A stretch of DNA of 64,000 nucleotides. Origin: Podarcis muralis. Taxonomy: Eukaryota. The stretch covers positions 21,018,001 through 21,082,000 of the forward strand of contig NC_135667.1 in the NCBI RefSeq assembly GCF_964188315.1, read 5' to 3'. The notes beneath the pieces were generated by a model, which was not told where the DNA came from, did no database searches, and worked only from the letters and a program-made list of their open reading frames with translations. Positions 1 through 12,500 of the stretch are shown here, piece by piece. Both the position numbers and the translations under genes were made by a program. Within the stretch, counting starts at the first letter, position 1, and each line of letters begins with the position of its first letter.

Positions 1-202
1 CAGAACATGACATCACACACATCCCCCGATGCAATAGTAGCCCCAACTACAATAGTACCCCCAACTACACCTCTTGTAGCAGCTGGCTGAGAACCAGTCT
101 CCATGTGACAATAAATGTGTCACTTGAATTTACATTTGTATTTTACAGCTGCTACCAGGGGTAGAGTGGGATAGTTTTCAATCAGGGTGGGAAAGTTTAT
201 GC

Positions 203-493
203 CATGGGTAGGCAACTAAGGCCCAGGGGCCGGGGCCTGCCCAATCACCTTCTAAATCTGTCTAAATGAGTAGAATGTGTCCTTTTATTTAAAATGCATC
301 TCTGGGTTATTTGTGGGGCCTGCCTGGTGTTTTTACATTAATAGAATGTGTGCTTTTATTTAAAATGCATCTCTGGGTTATTTGTGGGGCATAGGAATTC
401 GTTCTTTTCTTTTTTCAAAATATAGTCTGCCCCCCACCCCAAGCTCTGAGGGACAGTAGACCAGCCCCCTGCTGAAAAAGTTTGCTGACCCCT
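203..493. mobile_element. hAT-like MITE
   Basis: Termini catgggtaggcaact... / ...agtttgctgacccctg. Internal duplicated tagaatgtgt...tttattt aaaatgcatctctgggttatttgtgggg. Confidence 0.55.
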
Positions 494-639
494 GGTTTAT
501 GCTTTTTCGTTCCCACCGCAGTCCCAACAATATTTGCCACCTTGAAGCTGCTGTTTGCGCCAGAAGTGAGGCTTCCATTATTGCCAGTGGGAGCTTCTCC
601 CAGTGTAAGGCAAATTGCAGCTGAGGAGTGGCAACATGA

Positions 640-775
640 GAACGGGCCTTTTCTGTGGTGGCTTCCAGTTTGTGGAATGCTCTCCACAGGGAGGCTTGCC
701 TGGAGCCTTCATTACATATATTTAAGCACCAGGTGAAAACTTTTCTCTATAACCAGGCCTTTGGCTAATTAAACA
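640..775 (+). mobile_element. L2/CR1-type LINE 3' fragment
   Basis: RAFSVVA..LWN.LP-like remnant (gggccttttctgtggtggct...tggaatgctctc). A related copy lies on minus around 27330-27760. Confidence 0.5.
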
Positions 776-2054
776 ATATACCAGTATGTCCTTTTAAATG
801 TGTTTGTGGGAGCATGGGGTTTTTGTTTTTTTTTTGTATTCTGTGTTATCATTTTGTATTTTTATGTTGTAAATGGCTCTGTGATCTTCAGATGAAGAGA
901 GGTACACAAATTCACTAAATAATAATAATATTTTTTCATGGTTTTAGCCTATGGCCTGGAGATGGCTGCTGTTAACAAACAACCCTTTTTTACATGATAA
1001 GCGCAGAGGAGGTTGATTTGCTGTAATCATCTCTTGTAGGTGTATAATGATTATTTTTATAACTTGTGGCTAGAGTTTTTGGTTTTGAAGCAGCAAAAAA
1101 CCAGTTCCTGTTTTCTGCTGAGTCACAGTGTAAGAGTCACTGATAAATACCTAGCTAGTCACGTTTTCTTGAAAACAGGCACAGTTTCTTTATGACTATT
1201 TGTGTTACATTTGGAGCCCCACTCTTCCTCAAAAGAGAAACACGCATACCCCACATTCCCTTCTATCCTGGGAGATAGATTGGGATGAGAGGCTGGCATG
1301 ATGTAATCTCATGAGCTTTGTGAATGAGCAGACATTTGAACCCGGGTCTCCTTGGGCTGTGCCCATGACTCTAGCCACTAGACTCGAACCAACTAAATCA
1401 ACTTAACCAGCTAACTTTAGTTCCCACTGAAAGCAATGGGACTAAAACTAAGTCATGACTAACCTACTCCATTGATTTCAGTGGGACCTAAGTTCAGTTA
1501 AGTTCCATTTTCCATCCTCCTGGCATGCACTCTTTACAAAGACCTGAGGAATGAGATTATCACCCCTCTCTTATTGTCCATTCCGGGTCACCCAACCACT
1601 GCCACAGTGTCTTTTCTCCTGGCAGATCAAGAGGAGCAGATGACTGTAAAGGTTGCAAGGTTTCTAGCTGGGGCAATCCGAATAAGGTCCACTATTTGAT
1701 TGCTGATTCATGACCCTAAACTGTGTTTTATATAATTGACTTTTTATTTTGTTCTGTGTACATCCCAATGTTCTTTTGTTGCTATGGCCGATGGCTGGCA
1801 CAAATAGAGTTTCATTCATTCAACTGTATCCAGCCCAGTGAATTTTAGAGTGGATAGTGACCCTTGAGATCATCCATAGTTCAAACAGCTGCTCCGTGTA
1901 GGATCCCCAATGCAGGATGGGACCATGGCATTGCTGACCAAAGGCCACCCAGCCCAGTGATCAGCATCATCTGCATCTTAGTTTTCAATGGCTTATCTGA
2001 ACAGAAAGGTTTTTGGCCTGCTGGCAGAAGGATAGCAAAGAGAGAATGAATTTT

Positions 2055-2585
2055 AAAAAATGTTTAAAATAACTTTTTCTTTTAACCCCCCCCCCAAAGC
2101 CTTTCTTTTAGGTGCCAAAATCCCAGTGGAGCAGAGAAGACTATGTATGTGACCACAGCTGCACAGATATTACTGGATCAGAGATGGAAAGAGGACAGTC
2201 CTGACCAGAGAAGAATGGCAGATCAAGTTGATGGATTATGCCGAAATGGCAAAAATGGCCCGAAGAATCAGAAATCAGGAAGACCAAAACTTCAATAGGG
2301 AATGGGGGAAATTTATAATTTACCTTAAAAACCATTGTAAACAGTTTAAATTGTTGGTAGGATTTGAATAACAGTTGTCGTTTAATGGTGAATTTTGGAT
2401 ATAATGGAAATGTAAAAGATTTGGATTATTATGCAAGATGCAGGAGGAAATGATTAATAATAGGACCTACAAAGGGGAGGAGGGAAGTCCAGGAGATTCT
2501 TTGGAATCTTGTTTTTCTGTTGTATGTTTGTGATGGTAAAATCTTAATTTGAAAAACCAAATAATTTTTATTTATTTTTTTAAAA
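2055..2585 (+). mobile_element. L1-type LINE 3' end
   Basis: Shares gaatggcagatcaagttgatgg, aagaccaaaactt...taataaggaatgggg and accattgtaaacagtt with the longer copy at 29.8-31.2 kb. Confidence 0.75.
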
Positions 2586-2947
2586 GGATACCATAACAAA
2601 GAGGGAGCCAATCTAACCTTTATTGTGAGGGAGTTGCACAATACTGAAGCAGAAAAGGCTCTCTTGTGTCACCACTAAGTTTGCTTCTGAGGTTTACGTT
2701 TATGAGGATTATGGCATAAACTTTTGTAGACTCATGACCACTTCTTCAGCTTTCCTAAGGTGTGTGTGTGTGTCTCTGTGTGTATCCATATAAATTGCAT
2801 GCTACACAATGAATTAATGGCAATGAGATGAATGGCAATGAATGGCAATGAATTAATGGCAATGAGATGCAAAAGAACAAGAACAAAACCTCCAATCAGT
2901 CAGTGATAATTAAATATATGTTAAATAAGCATACTGTTAACATTTTA

Positions 2948-3329
2948 GGGATGCGGGTGGCACTGTGGTCTAAACCACTGAGCCTAGGGCTTGCCGGTCA
3001 AAGGTTGGCGGTTCAAATCCCCACGACGGGGTGAGCTCCTATTGCTCAGTCCCAGCTCCTGCCAACCTAGCAGTTCAAAAGCACGCCCAAAAGTGCAAGT
3101 AGATTAATAGGTACCGCTCCGGTGGGAAGGTAAACAGCATTTCCGTGCATTGCTCTCGTGTCGGTGTTCTGTTGTGCCAGAAGTGGCTTAGCCATGCTGG
3201 CCACATGACCTGGAAAAACTGCAGGGTGGACAAACACCGGCTCCCTTGGTCAGTAAAGTGAGATGAGTGCCACACCCCCAGAGTTGTTCACAACTGGACT
3301 TAACTGTCAGGGGTCCCTTAACGTTTTAC
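2948..3329 (+). mobile_element. Sauria SINE
   Basis: gggatgcgggtggcactgtggtctaaaccactgagcc...ggttcaaatcccc...aggggtccctt; Pol III box remnants. Confidence 0.9.
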
Positions 3330-3365
3330 AGTAGCAGATTGGAGGTAATTGCTCAAACAATTGTA

Positions 3366-3580
3366 CAGTGGTATCTTGGGTTACAGACGCTTCAGGTTAC
3401 AGACTCCGCTAACCCAGAAATAGTACATCGGGTTAAGAACTTTGCTTCAGGATGAGAACAGAAATCATGCGGCGGCAGTGGGAGGCCCCATTAGCTAAAG
3501 TGGTACCTCAGGTTAAGAACAGTTTCAGGTTAAGAACGGACCTCCAGAATGAATTAAGTTCTTAACCTGAGGTTCCACTG
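3366..3580. mobile_element. Tc1/mariner-type MITE (215 bp)
   Basis: TA|cagtggta...ccactg|TA. An inverted sister copy lies at 11092-11306. Confidence 0.85.
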
Positions 3581-3971
3581 TATTAGCACCCGTCCTGGAG
3601 CAGGGAACCATTCAAAAGAAACAGATTCCTGGCACTGATCAGCTAATTAACCCAAGTAGTGTGTTTAAGGTGGGGGGGCGTGGGGAGGAAGTGTAAGAGT
3701 GAGAGTGATGTGGAAAAATCCACCGGGGGAATTCTAGAAGGGCAGATTTGGAAAAATATTACCCTTCTGGACACCAACTGGCATGGGTTGTTTTTTAAAA
3801 ACAAACAAACAAGAAGTCCCCCACATCTAAAATAGCTTTCATTATTTAAGTAAAAATGTTAGAAGAATAGGGAAGTGCCTGCAGCGGTCACATCCTGACT
3901 GTTGTCCTAGAACTCAGCTAGATTGGTAAAGAAAAAGCATTTTATATGCGTTGTATATGCGATATAATGCT

Positions 3972-3990
3972 GTGACACCAGATGGCGCTG
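3972..3990 (+). promoter_or_regulatory. Putative CTCF site
   Basis: gtgacaccagatggcgctg matches the CCASYAGRKGGCRS core with one mismatch. Confidence 0.5.
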
Positions 3991-6208
3991 TGGAGTCCTG
4001 TCTTTCCCTACCGGATTTCCCTGTATAAGTTTACAACACTGAATCACCTCTTTGATGTGTCTAGATCCAGCCCTACGTGAAGAAGTAGGGCAGCCATTTA
4101 TCATGTTTCACAGAGGACTTGCTTGAAGGAATCCTCTATTTGAAACATTGTCCAGTCCAAATCTGGTTTCAAGATAAAAGAACCAACAAAAAGGAAAGAA
4201 ACCGGAAGGGCCCTGAAAGTTGCCCATCAACAGTGAACACCTGGATAGCAGTCAGAGCAGGCCTTACAGGTCACTTGGTCAGTCTTTACACTATGGTGAG
4301 ATGTACGGTATCTCTACTGAAATTATAGTAATGGTGTCTAGCATTGTATCCATATGCAATTATGGAAAATCTATTTTGCCCCACGTTTTGGGAGATGGCC
4401 TCCCTGAGCGACAAGGATTGAGATTCCCACAACTGTTACTATAAGATAGGCATTGTGGAAAACAAGATGTTGGCCTAGGTAGGTCTTTGGCCTGATCCAG
4501 CGGAGGGATGGATCCAGCTGCTGTGAGCTGTGTCCCCTCAGCTGCCAACTGCTTTTAACAGCTACTACTCCAGACCCTCCAAGTATCCCTATTTTCCAGG
4601 GACAGTTCTGGATTTACAGAAGCCTACCCAGTTTCTGATCAGATTCCAAAATGTCCTCCTTTTCCTTAGGATGTCCCTGTTTTCATCGGAGAAATGTCGG
4701 AGGGTATGTGAGACTGTGATGCTCTGCAAGAAAGGACGGAGTGTGTGCGTCTTTCTGTTTCAGCGGGGAGCTGAATCATGAGAGCGAGAGACAAGTAGGA
4801 AAAACAGCAAAGGGGATTTTAACTAATGCCAATGGAAAATCCCAGGCAGACAGAGCAGAAACCTGGGGGTGGATGTCCCTATGGCCTCAGATGCTGCTGA
4901 CTCATGGCCAGCTCAGCTCATCAGCAGCAGGATGAGCTCATCACTTTACTCTAGAAGAGCGAGTTCCTCATACCTGAAAGGCTGTGGAACTGCCTTTCCA
5001 CAATACTGAGGCTGCGCATAGATGCGTCTGTTTTTTCGCACACACAGCTCCTGCCATCACAAGACACCTTTCACAGGGAGCACACCTTGCTTGCTGCATC
5101 TGACGGCTGTCCACAGGGCAAGGATTGTATTTGGGAAGGGAGTGTATAGGTCAGACCCTGGGGTGCCTTTCTAGGAAGCCAGTCCCAGCAGGGTCTTGAC
5201 ATTTCTTTTCAAATGCTAAGAAACAGAAAGTGAAATCAGTGGTGCTCAAATGTCTTGTTTCCTAGAGCAGCCACTGTTTCTGAGCAGCAGAGCAAATAGT
5301 CCCTTCAAGCACCCTCTAAGATCTTACCATCAGTCAGCGAGTGGGAATTAGGAGTCCTCCTGGGTTCTCCCTGCCAGCTCCAAGAATGAGTTCGATCAAA
5401 TTCAGGATTGCACAATTTGCGCCGTCCCACCATGCACTGGCTGGGCCGGCAGGTGCACACTGACTCCCCGGGCATATAGAATCAAGCCCCTTGCAAGCCA
5501 CCATACAAGGGGTGGTTGCGTTGCGTTTGGTTTGGCAATTTGCCCGTTCTGGAGGCCTGACCAAAAGTTGTGCAACAGGATACAGATGGGGATGCAGACG
5601 GGAAAAACATGGCCGAGGAGCACGTAGAACTAGGGCTGCCCAAAAATTTTATTGGCTGGGTCGACCAATTAAATTGGCTTTTAAAATAGGTTGTGTGCTT
5701 TAAATCTAAGCACTTAAACCGCAATCTGCAGGCATCACACACCCCAGAGGCACACCCCCCCCATCTCACCCAGGAGGGAAACCTTATCTTTAAGATGGAG
5801 ATGGCTAACTAGCTAGAAAAGGCTTGTTTTTCTTGTTACTTCAAAACAATTGTTTTGTCATGTGAAAATTTCATTAAGAAGTTAAAACTAAGATCTGGGT
5901 GGGATTCCTGATGGGAATAGCACAAAAAGACATCAGGTAGCCGCTGTATGTGTGCTCACAACAGTTTTTACAATGTAATACATCAGTTGCAGGGACTGTC
6001 GTTGCTGAACTACAACTTGTATCACCTGAGGCTATTGGCTATGGTTGCAGGAGCTGATGGAGATTGTAGTTCAGAAACATCCAGAGGACCAAAGGTCTCT
6101 TATCCCTCTATACATGGTACTCAGACCTAAGACCTATTGATTTCCAGGATACTTACACCAAGGTAAGTAGGTATAGGATTTCAGCCTTATTTTAATGATT
6201 CCTTATAA

Positions 6209-6344
6209 CAGGCATAGGCAAACTCAGCCCACCAGATGTTTTGGGACTACAATTCCCCTCATCCCTGACCACTGGTCCTGTTGGCTAGGGATCATGGGAG
6301 TTGTAGGCCAAAAACATCTGGAGGGCCGAGTTTGCCTATGCCTG
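6209..6344. mobile_element. hAT MITE (136 bp)
   Basis: TIR caggcataggcaaact/agtttgcctatgcctg with a perfect 8-bp TSD ccttataa. Confidence 0.9.
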
Positions 6345-6782
6345 CCTTATAAACAAGTATCCCCAATCCATGAGGGAAACACGTTTTTAGAAGTTACAGT
6401 ATTGTTAAATACAAGTTACTTGTAAAACTGTTACTAGAGGCATTCCCCTTTCACTCTCAGAATGCCTTTTCCGAAATGGCATTGGCTGACATATACACAC
6501 GCTATCTAAAAACAAAAGTATTCTCTCCTCAAAAAACCCCAAAGAAACCGACTGTCTTATGCAAATTAGTGTTGTTTTGTTCACTCAGTTCAAACCCATT
6601 TGATGAACAGACCAATATTTCCTTTAATCAGATGGCAGCCTTAGTTGAAACAAATTCTAAGAGCATGAATTAGTTCTACTGTGGCTTCAACTTTTAGTCT
6701 CTCAGTGGCTTGCTCTGAGCTCCATCCACGTATGTTTGGGGTTTGAAGGGAACAGTCAAAAGCTGCAACGCATGAACTTGAC

Positions 6783-6918
6783 CAGGCATCCCCAACATTC
6801 AGCCCTCCATATGTTTTGGACTACAATTCCCATCATCCCTGACCACTGGTCCTGTTAGCTAGGGATCATGGGAGTTGTAGGCCAAAACATCTGGAGGGCC
6901 ACAGGTTGGGGATACCTG
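6783..6918. mobile_element. hAT MITE (136 bp)
   Basis: TIR caggcatccccaa/ttggggatacctg; same internal ggactacaattcccatc...gggagttgtagg core. Confidence 0.8.
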
Positions 6919-7343
6919 ACCTTGGCAATGCACCTTTTGTGGGATTCTGTTTCTCGCCCTATGTTCTTTAGGGTGTGGTTAGGAAAGGAATAAGGAAGTC
7001 CCACTGGCCTCTGCAAGCATAGCCAATGGGCTGAGATGGTGGGAGTTGTAGTTCAGCAACATATAGAGGGCCAGAGGTTCCTCACAGCTGGAACAGAAAG
7101 GAGAGCTTCTCTTCCATCCTGCTGGGGAAGCAGCAGCATTATTAAGTCAGTTCTTGCCTTTCCCCACAGGCAAGAACAGAGAGGTGAGGAAGGAGGACTG
7201 AGCAGGTTTGTAATTTATTCTGGAAACTTCTGCATCGGGTACATAAAAAAACCCAGCACACACACACACACCAGCTTCTCTCTAGTCCATCTTATACTGC
7301 AGGAAAGGAACAAAATAGGAGACCAAAACCTTTGAGGAAGTTG

Positions 7344-7523
7344 CAGTGGCGTAGCGTGGGGGGTGCAGGGGGGGCCGGCCGCACCGGGCGCAACATCTGG
7401 GGTTAGGGCAAATCCACAGGTTAGGGGGCGCAAATCCACTGGTTAGGGGGCGCAAATCCACGGGTTAGGGGGCGCAAATTACTTGCCTTGCCCCAGGTGC
7501 TGACAACCCACACTATGCCACTG
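7344..7523. mobile_element. hAT MITE with internal tandem repeat
   Basis: TIR cagtggcgtag/ctatgccactg and 8-bp TSD ggaagttg on both sides. Confidence 0.85.
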
Positions 7524-7969
7524 GGAAGTTGGGTATCTTTAACCTGGAGAAAAGTTGATTAACAGGTGAAAAAGTAGCCATCTTATTCAGTTCCTGAAAA
7601 AGTGGCCACGTACGGGGAACATTTGTTCTGTGCTGCTGCGGAGGGAAGGCTCTGAACTACAGGGTCTAAGGACAAGCAGGTTTTCGATGGAACATTTAAG
7701 AATAACTTCCTGACGGTATGAGCTGTTTGTGAGTGTGAGCAAGCTGCCTGAGGAGGAGGTGGGTGTTCCCATGGCTAGAGGTGTTCTTGCTGTTGTTTTT
7801 TATTAAGCAGAAGCCAGGTAACTAAGTTATCCAGATCAGCAAATTTCCTCCACTGACATAGGGTTGGACTTGCAAGACCTCACCCTCCTCTATGAGGTAC
7901 TCAAATGAGCCACAGCAGCCACTAACCCTCCCTGTGTCTCCCACCCACCCCACAACAAGGAAACAGGAC

Positions 7970-8997
7970 AAGAACTCAACTTCAAGTTTATTTATTGTTT
8001 TACTTTTTTAAAAAAAGATTTCAGTGTTTTTCTTGCTTAAAAAAAATACTGTTCAGATCCTTAGTAATGCACTATTGGGCCTTAAATGCCTCCACTTCCC
8101 CCTCACTTAAGACCCAAAGGGGCAGCTGAAATGCTTCTGAGTGACTCTCCCAAGTGGGGGGAAATTACATGCCCTTCCCACCAACACAACTGGGAAACGA
8201 GGGACAGGGAAAAGAAGATTAAAATAAAAACGAACCAACAACCTAGGAGTAGAGTTCAGTGCCATTAAAAAGGAGGAAATGATGGGTCAAGAAACAGACC
8301 CTGAAAATTTTAGCCACGTGTGGCCTTCTTTGGAAAACAGGGCAGGTGAACTTTGCTGCCTAAAACAAACGAGTCAGTTTAGTGGCACGTTTTAACTCTA
8401 CTATATGGCACGGGAAGAACCGAGAGTGAAACTGCTGCGGTCATTGTTCCCCACAATCCCAGGAGATGAATGTGGTGCTGAAGCAGCGCTTCCATGCCTC
8501 TCCGAAAGACAATTTTAAATCCACAGTGAAGGCGAAAATGATGCTCCTTATAGTTTCACTCCTTTGCTTCCTCCCCACCCCCATTTAAGCTTTCCTGATC
8601 TTCCTTTCCCTTTGGCCTATAGAAAGCCCCTCCCCACCCCAATACAATTTCAAATAAGGTTAAGGTTAATCTTATTAATAGTCATGCAGCCCTGCTCCTG
8701 CAGGGCAAAAATAAGAGAGACATCCCCACCCCACCCTGGAAGGTCCTTGCCTCCCCCTTTTAAGGCCCCACTTGTGGTGAGGGGGGCACCTATTAATCCA
8801 TGATCAGTAAGAAGTAAAGGGCAGTTTCCTGGGGTTTCCCGTGCCGGCAGAAGCAGGGGCAGTTTTGAATACAGTATTTTCGGACCAGAAGGATGGAGAA
8901 GAACGGGGACCCATCTTCCCCTCCCAAGGTGGCAAGGGGAGGGAGAGCGGAGTCCCACGAAGAGAGGTCCAATCTCAGGTCAGAAAGGGCACTGCAC
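7970..8997 (-). other. Probable non-coding last exon (3' UTR) of the PITP gene
   Basis: Strong acceptor cttcctttttgtcttctttctatcccag| ending at 8998. Candidate donor aag|gtagaa at 9469, 34 nt after the stop. AATAAA (minus) at 7996-7991 followed by a GU-rich tract. Confidence 0.6.
7991..7996 (-). terminator. Poly(A) signal of the PITP gene
   Basis: tttatt on plus = AATAAA on minus, followed on minus by gttgagttcttgtcctgtttccttgttgtgggg. Confidence 0.55.
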
Positions 8998-9503
8998 CTG
9001 GGATAGAAAGAAGACAAAAAGGAAGTATTAGCAGCAAAAAGCAACAAGCTTTCCTTTTCTTATTTAATGTTCTTTAAAAAGACAAGTTGGCCTTCTCTGC
9101 GTGGCAGGAGCAAACAAACCAGAAAGTCTCTAGTTGACCATAGTTTCTGGTTTCATCTGATCCAGGAAACGGTGGTTACCAGCTCCAAAACAAACCCATA
9201 TATTAAAACCATAGTTCTAGGTTGCCTTAATATCGTTGCTTGTTCCAAATGTGGTAACTGTATCTCCCAAGTTTTGACAATACGGGAAACTTTGGTTAAT
9301 CAGAGACACCCAGGCTTGTTTCTCACGCCACAAATTGGCTGGGCGGGGGCATAGGCACATGCATATCATGGCTTGATGAGGCCAAGATATGATCACTGTC
9401 TCCTCCCACCCTCACCCAGAGTTTCCACCCATAACTATGTAAAGCTTTCCACTCTCCAATTTCTTCTACCTTGTTACTTCTCGGCCCAGGCAGTAGGGGG
9501 CGC

Positions 9504-12500
9504 TCATTCGTCCCCTGCAGTCATTCCTCTCACAGTGCCTTTCTGGCGTATCTGCAACAAAACAAGATCCTTCAGCATCTGGGTAACTTCTGGTAGTACT
9601 GGCTGTTTACTTCCACATGGCCTTGCCAGAAAGATTTGCCAATAAATTAAAAGTTTTTTTTATAAAAAAAAATCAATAATCAATTACAAGTGTATTTAAA
9701 TGCATCAGCATATTATCAAACATTATAGGGTTTGAGGGTTCAAAGCATATTTAATACTCTCTGGGCAAGACAGGAACCACATTTAATCCCAAAGTGCAAA
9801 ATAGGATATATCTATAAACAAAACACTTGTATGTACCAGTTTTTCCTCCCTTTTATTTTAAGGAGGAACAGATTCAAATAAGGGCAGGACTCCTATATAT
9901 TTTGTAAAAGTTGTATAGAAAAAGGTTTTAATCATCAAAAACTAGAAAGGTATATATTTACAAATATATAAAATATGTTTACAGAAGCATAACATATTTA
10001 TGTAACTATACATTTACAGACATTAAAAAACTACAAATTGAGGAAACAATGGTAAGCACATTAGCAGTTAAATATTTTTAAAAGAGGGGATTTTTGCAGT
10101 GCATCTTTTACAGCAGTGGAAAAAACCTATGCCTATCAAATTATCTTCTTCCACATTAATATCATATAGGACTGTTATCCAATTGTGGAAATCTTCGTGC
10201 CTCTGTGGGGAACTTTTGGTGCTCCATTTGCTGCTGAACTACAACTCCCATCATCCCTCACCACTGGTGATGCTTGCAGGGGGTGATGGGAGTTGTAGTT
10301 CAGGAACATATGAAGGGCCAAAGCTTCTCTCACCCTTAAGCAGATCAACTGAGTTTTAAAACAACCAAATCTACATAAATTTGCATATGACTAAATGCTT
10401 TTGAAGAAGGGAAAAAAGTATACCTGATTTTAGATGGCATATGTATAGGGTGCATAGATATCTATAAGTTTTAGATGGCATATGTCTTGGAAGTGGAGTC
10501 CCCTCCTATGAGAGACTGAAGAGGGAATGCCTCTCCCAAGATGGGGTCCGCCATTGGCAATTTTCACGTTTTAGGATTCGAATCAGGGTTTTGCGCTTCT
10601 ATATTAGTGGATCAAAACCACATCGACTAAATAAAACCTATGCCCTAGTTGGAAACTCCTCCTCTTGTCAGGGGATCTGCACCTACTACAACAAGTGTGC
10701 CATAGGGACAGCAAATGTAAAACAGGAGTACCGATCATCACTCAACAGAACAGTGGCAGCGATTTTTTGGAAAATCCTGCCTGACAGATCCGCGTAGCAA
10801 CTCGGTTCATTGAAATCAACAAAGCCTCAAGACTAGCTGCGGGAAAACAAACAGGAAAGGGTTTTAACTAAGCTTCTACAAGTGAGAACTGAGCTGGCCA
10901 TGGAAGGCCTTTTTGGGAAGGGAGTTTCACAATAAGGAAGCCATGAAAAGAAAAGGCCTGGCTGCTGGACCCCACCCGCCTTACTCTCTGACAACAATGG
11001 CATCTGAAGCAGGCCACCTGTAAATGATCTCAGAGATCAGGCTTGTATGGGCAAAGCCATCCTTTCAGACCCAGTGACAGGGAAAGTTGTACAGTGGTAC
11101 CTCTGGTTATGTACTTAATTCGTTCCGGAGGTCCGTTCTTAACCTGAAACTGTTCTTAACCTGAGGTACCACTTTAGCTAATGGGGCCTCACGCTGCTGC
11201 CGCGCGATTTCTGTTCTCATCCTGAAGCAAAGTTCTTAACCCGAGGTACTATTTCTGGGTTAGCGGAGTCTGTAACCTGAAGCGTCTGTAACTCAAGGTA
11301 CCACTGTACTTCTGGCCTTCCACCCACAAGAGTTCAAGCACAAAAGTAAGGGAAGCTCTCACAACCCAAACCAAGTGCCCTTTGCACCCGCAAACCTGGT
11401 CCTCTGCCCCAAAATACCTCATCAAGCTCCCTCTGTGTCTCTTCCTCCATCCGTCGAATGTCAGCCATGGTTAAATCCACCCACTTGTCCAACCAGCAAA
11501 ATAGCTGCCTATGGAAGTTGGTAAAGAGGCGTCTTTCTTGCTGTAGGAAGAGAAAAAAGGCTTCAAGAAAACAGGATGACAAGAATGCAAGAGACCTTGA
11601 AGTGGGGGATAATAGTCTACACTGAGGGGAAAAGTCCCTGGGTTGCATTCTGCAGAGCAAGCTCAAGATGGGGTTTTTTACCCCCACCTCTTCCCGCCCC
11701 TAAAAAAACCTTTGCTAATATTGCTCTGCCATCTGTTACTATCCAAGCAAGCTCCAACGCCTCAGCCTGATCTTACCTTTTGGATAAATTTTTCCACTCG
11801 GCCCTGAAGACCCCACCAGCGGAACTTCACGCTCACAAGTTTGTAGGCACACATGTGGGGGCAATCTTCATTGTTGGCTAGTTCCCGCTAATGGACGGGA
11901 GATAGGGGGGAAGGGGAAGGGGGAGAAAGGAAGAAGCCAGGAAGATTAGGCCTGGAGTTGCCGATGAAGTTTCAAAGCAAACTTGTGGAGATTTCTCTTA
12001 TAGGTGAAACATCTGAGGGGGATTTGCAGGGATGAAAAAGAGATTTACCCCCTTTTTATATTTCATTTAGAAGTATTTACACCATGCCTACTAACCAAAG
12101 TTCTCGAGGCGGCTTGCAATGTATTTAAAACACAACAGAACAGACAGCGATACATACACCTTTGCCCTGATTATTGTAAGTTTTCCCCCTCCCCTTATTC
12201 TCCAGAGTTCCTACAAATGCCATTCTGCAGCTAAATCTCCTGGCTGTAGAAGCAGATGGGTGCTAATTCCACATGAGTAAGGGCATGGAGTGACTGCTGT
12301 TTATGTCTCTCACAGCCCCAGCCCTGGCAGCATTAATAGAAGGTGGTGGGTGTAGCACCTTCCAGTTTTGATAAGACCCAGCCTTGCTCCAAAAAATCCT
12401 ACAGCCGGTTCGTGCACCCAGTGACCACTGCAACACTTGATTTCTCTCTTCCTGCCATGACTAAAAGGTCACAGAGAAGGCTCCATCTTTTGGGTCTGGT

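Noticed and set aside
2808-2871. Short aatggc/aatga tandem duplications
   Set aside because: Ordinary local slippage with no further structure.
4119-4328. ORF containing VQIWFQDKRTNKK, resembling homeodomain helix 3
   Set aside because: No helix 1/2 at the right spacing and an in-frame stop at 4086. Asn51 is Asp. The K/R-rich run is the complement of a minus-strand pyrimidine tract ending in CAG at 4163. Likely coincidence.
3900-5760. Minus-strand splice-like signals (acceptor 4163, donors 4973 and 5327) suggesting a leftward transcript
   Set aside because: All frames close quickly and no protein similarity is recognisable. It cannot be supported without RNA data.
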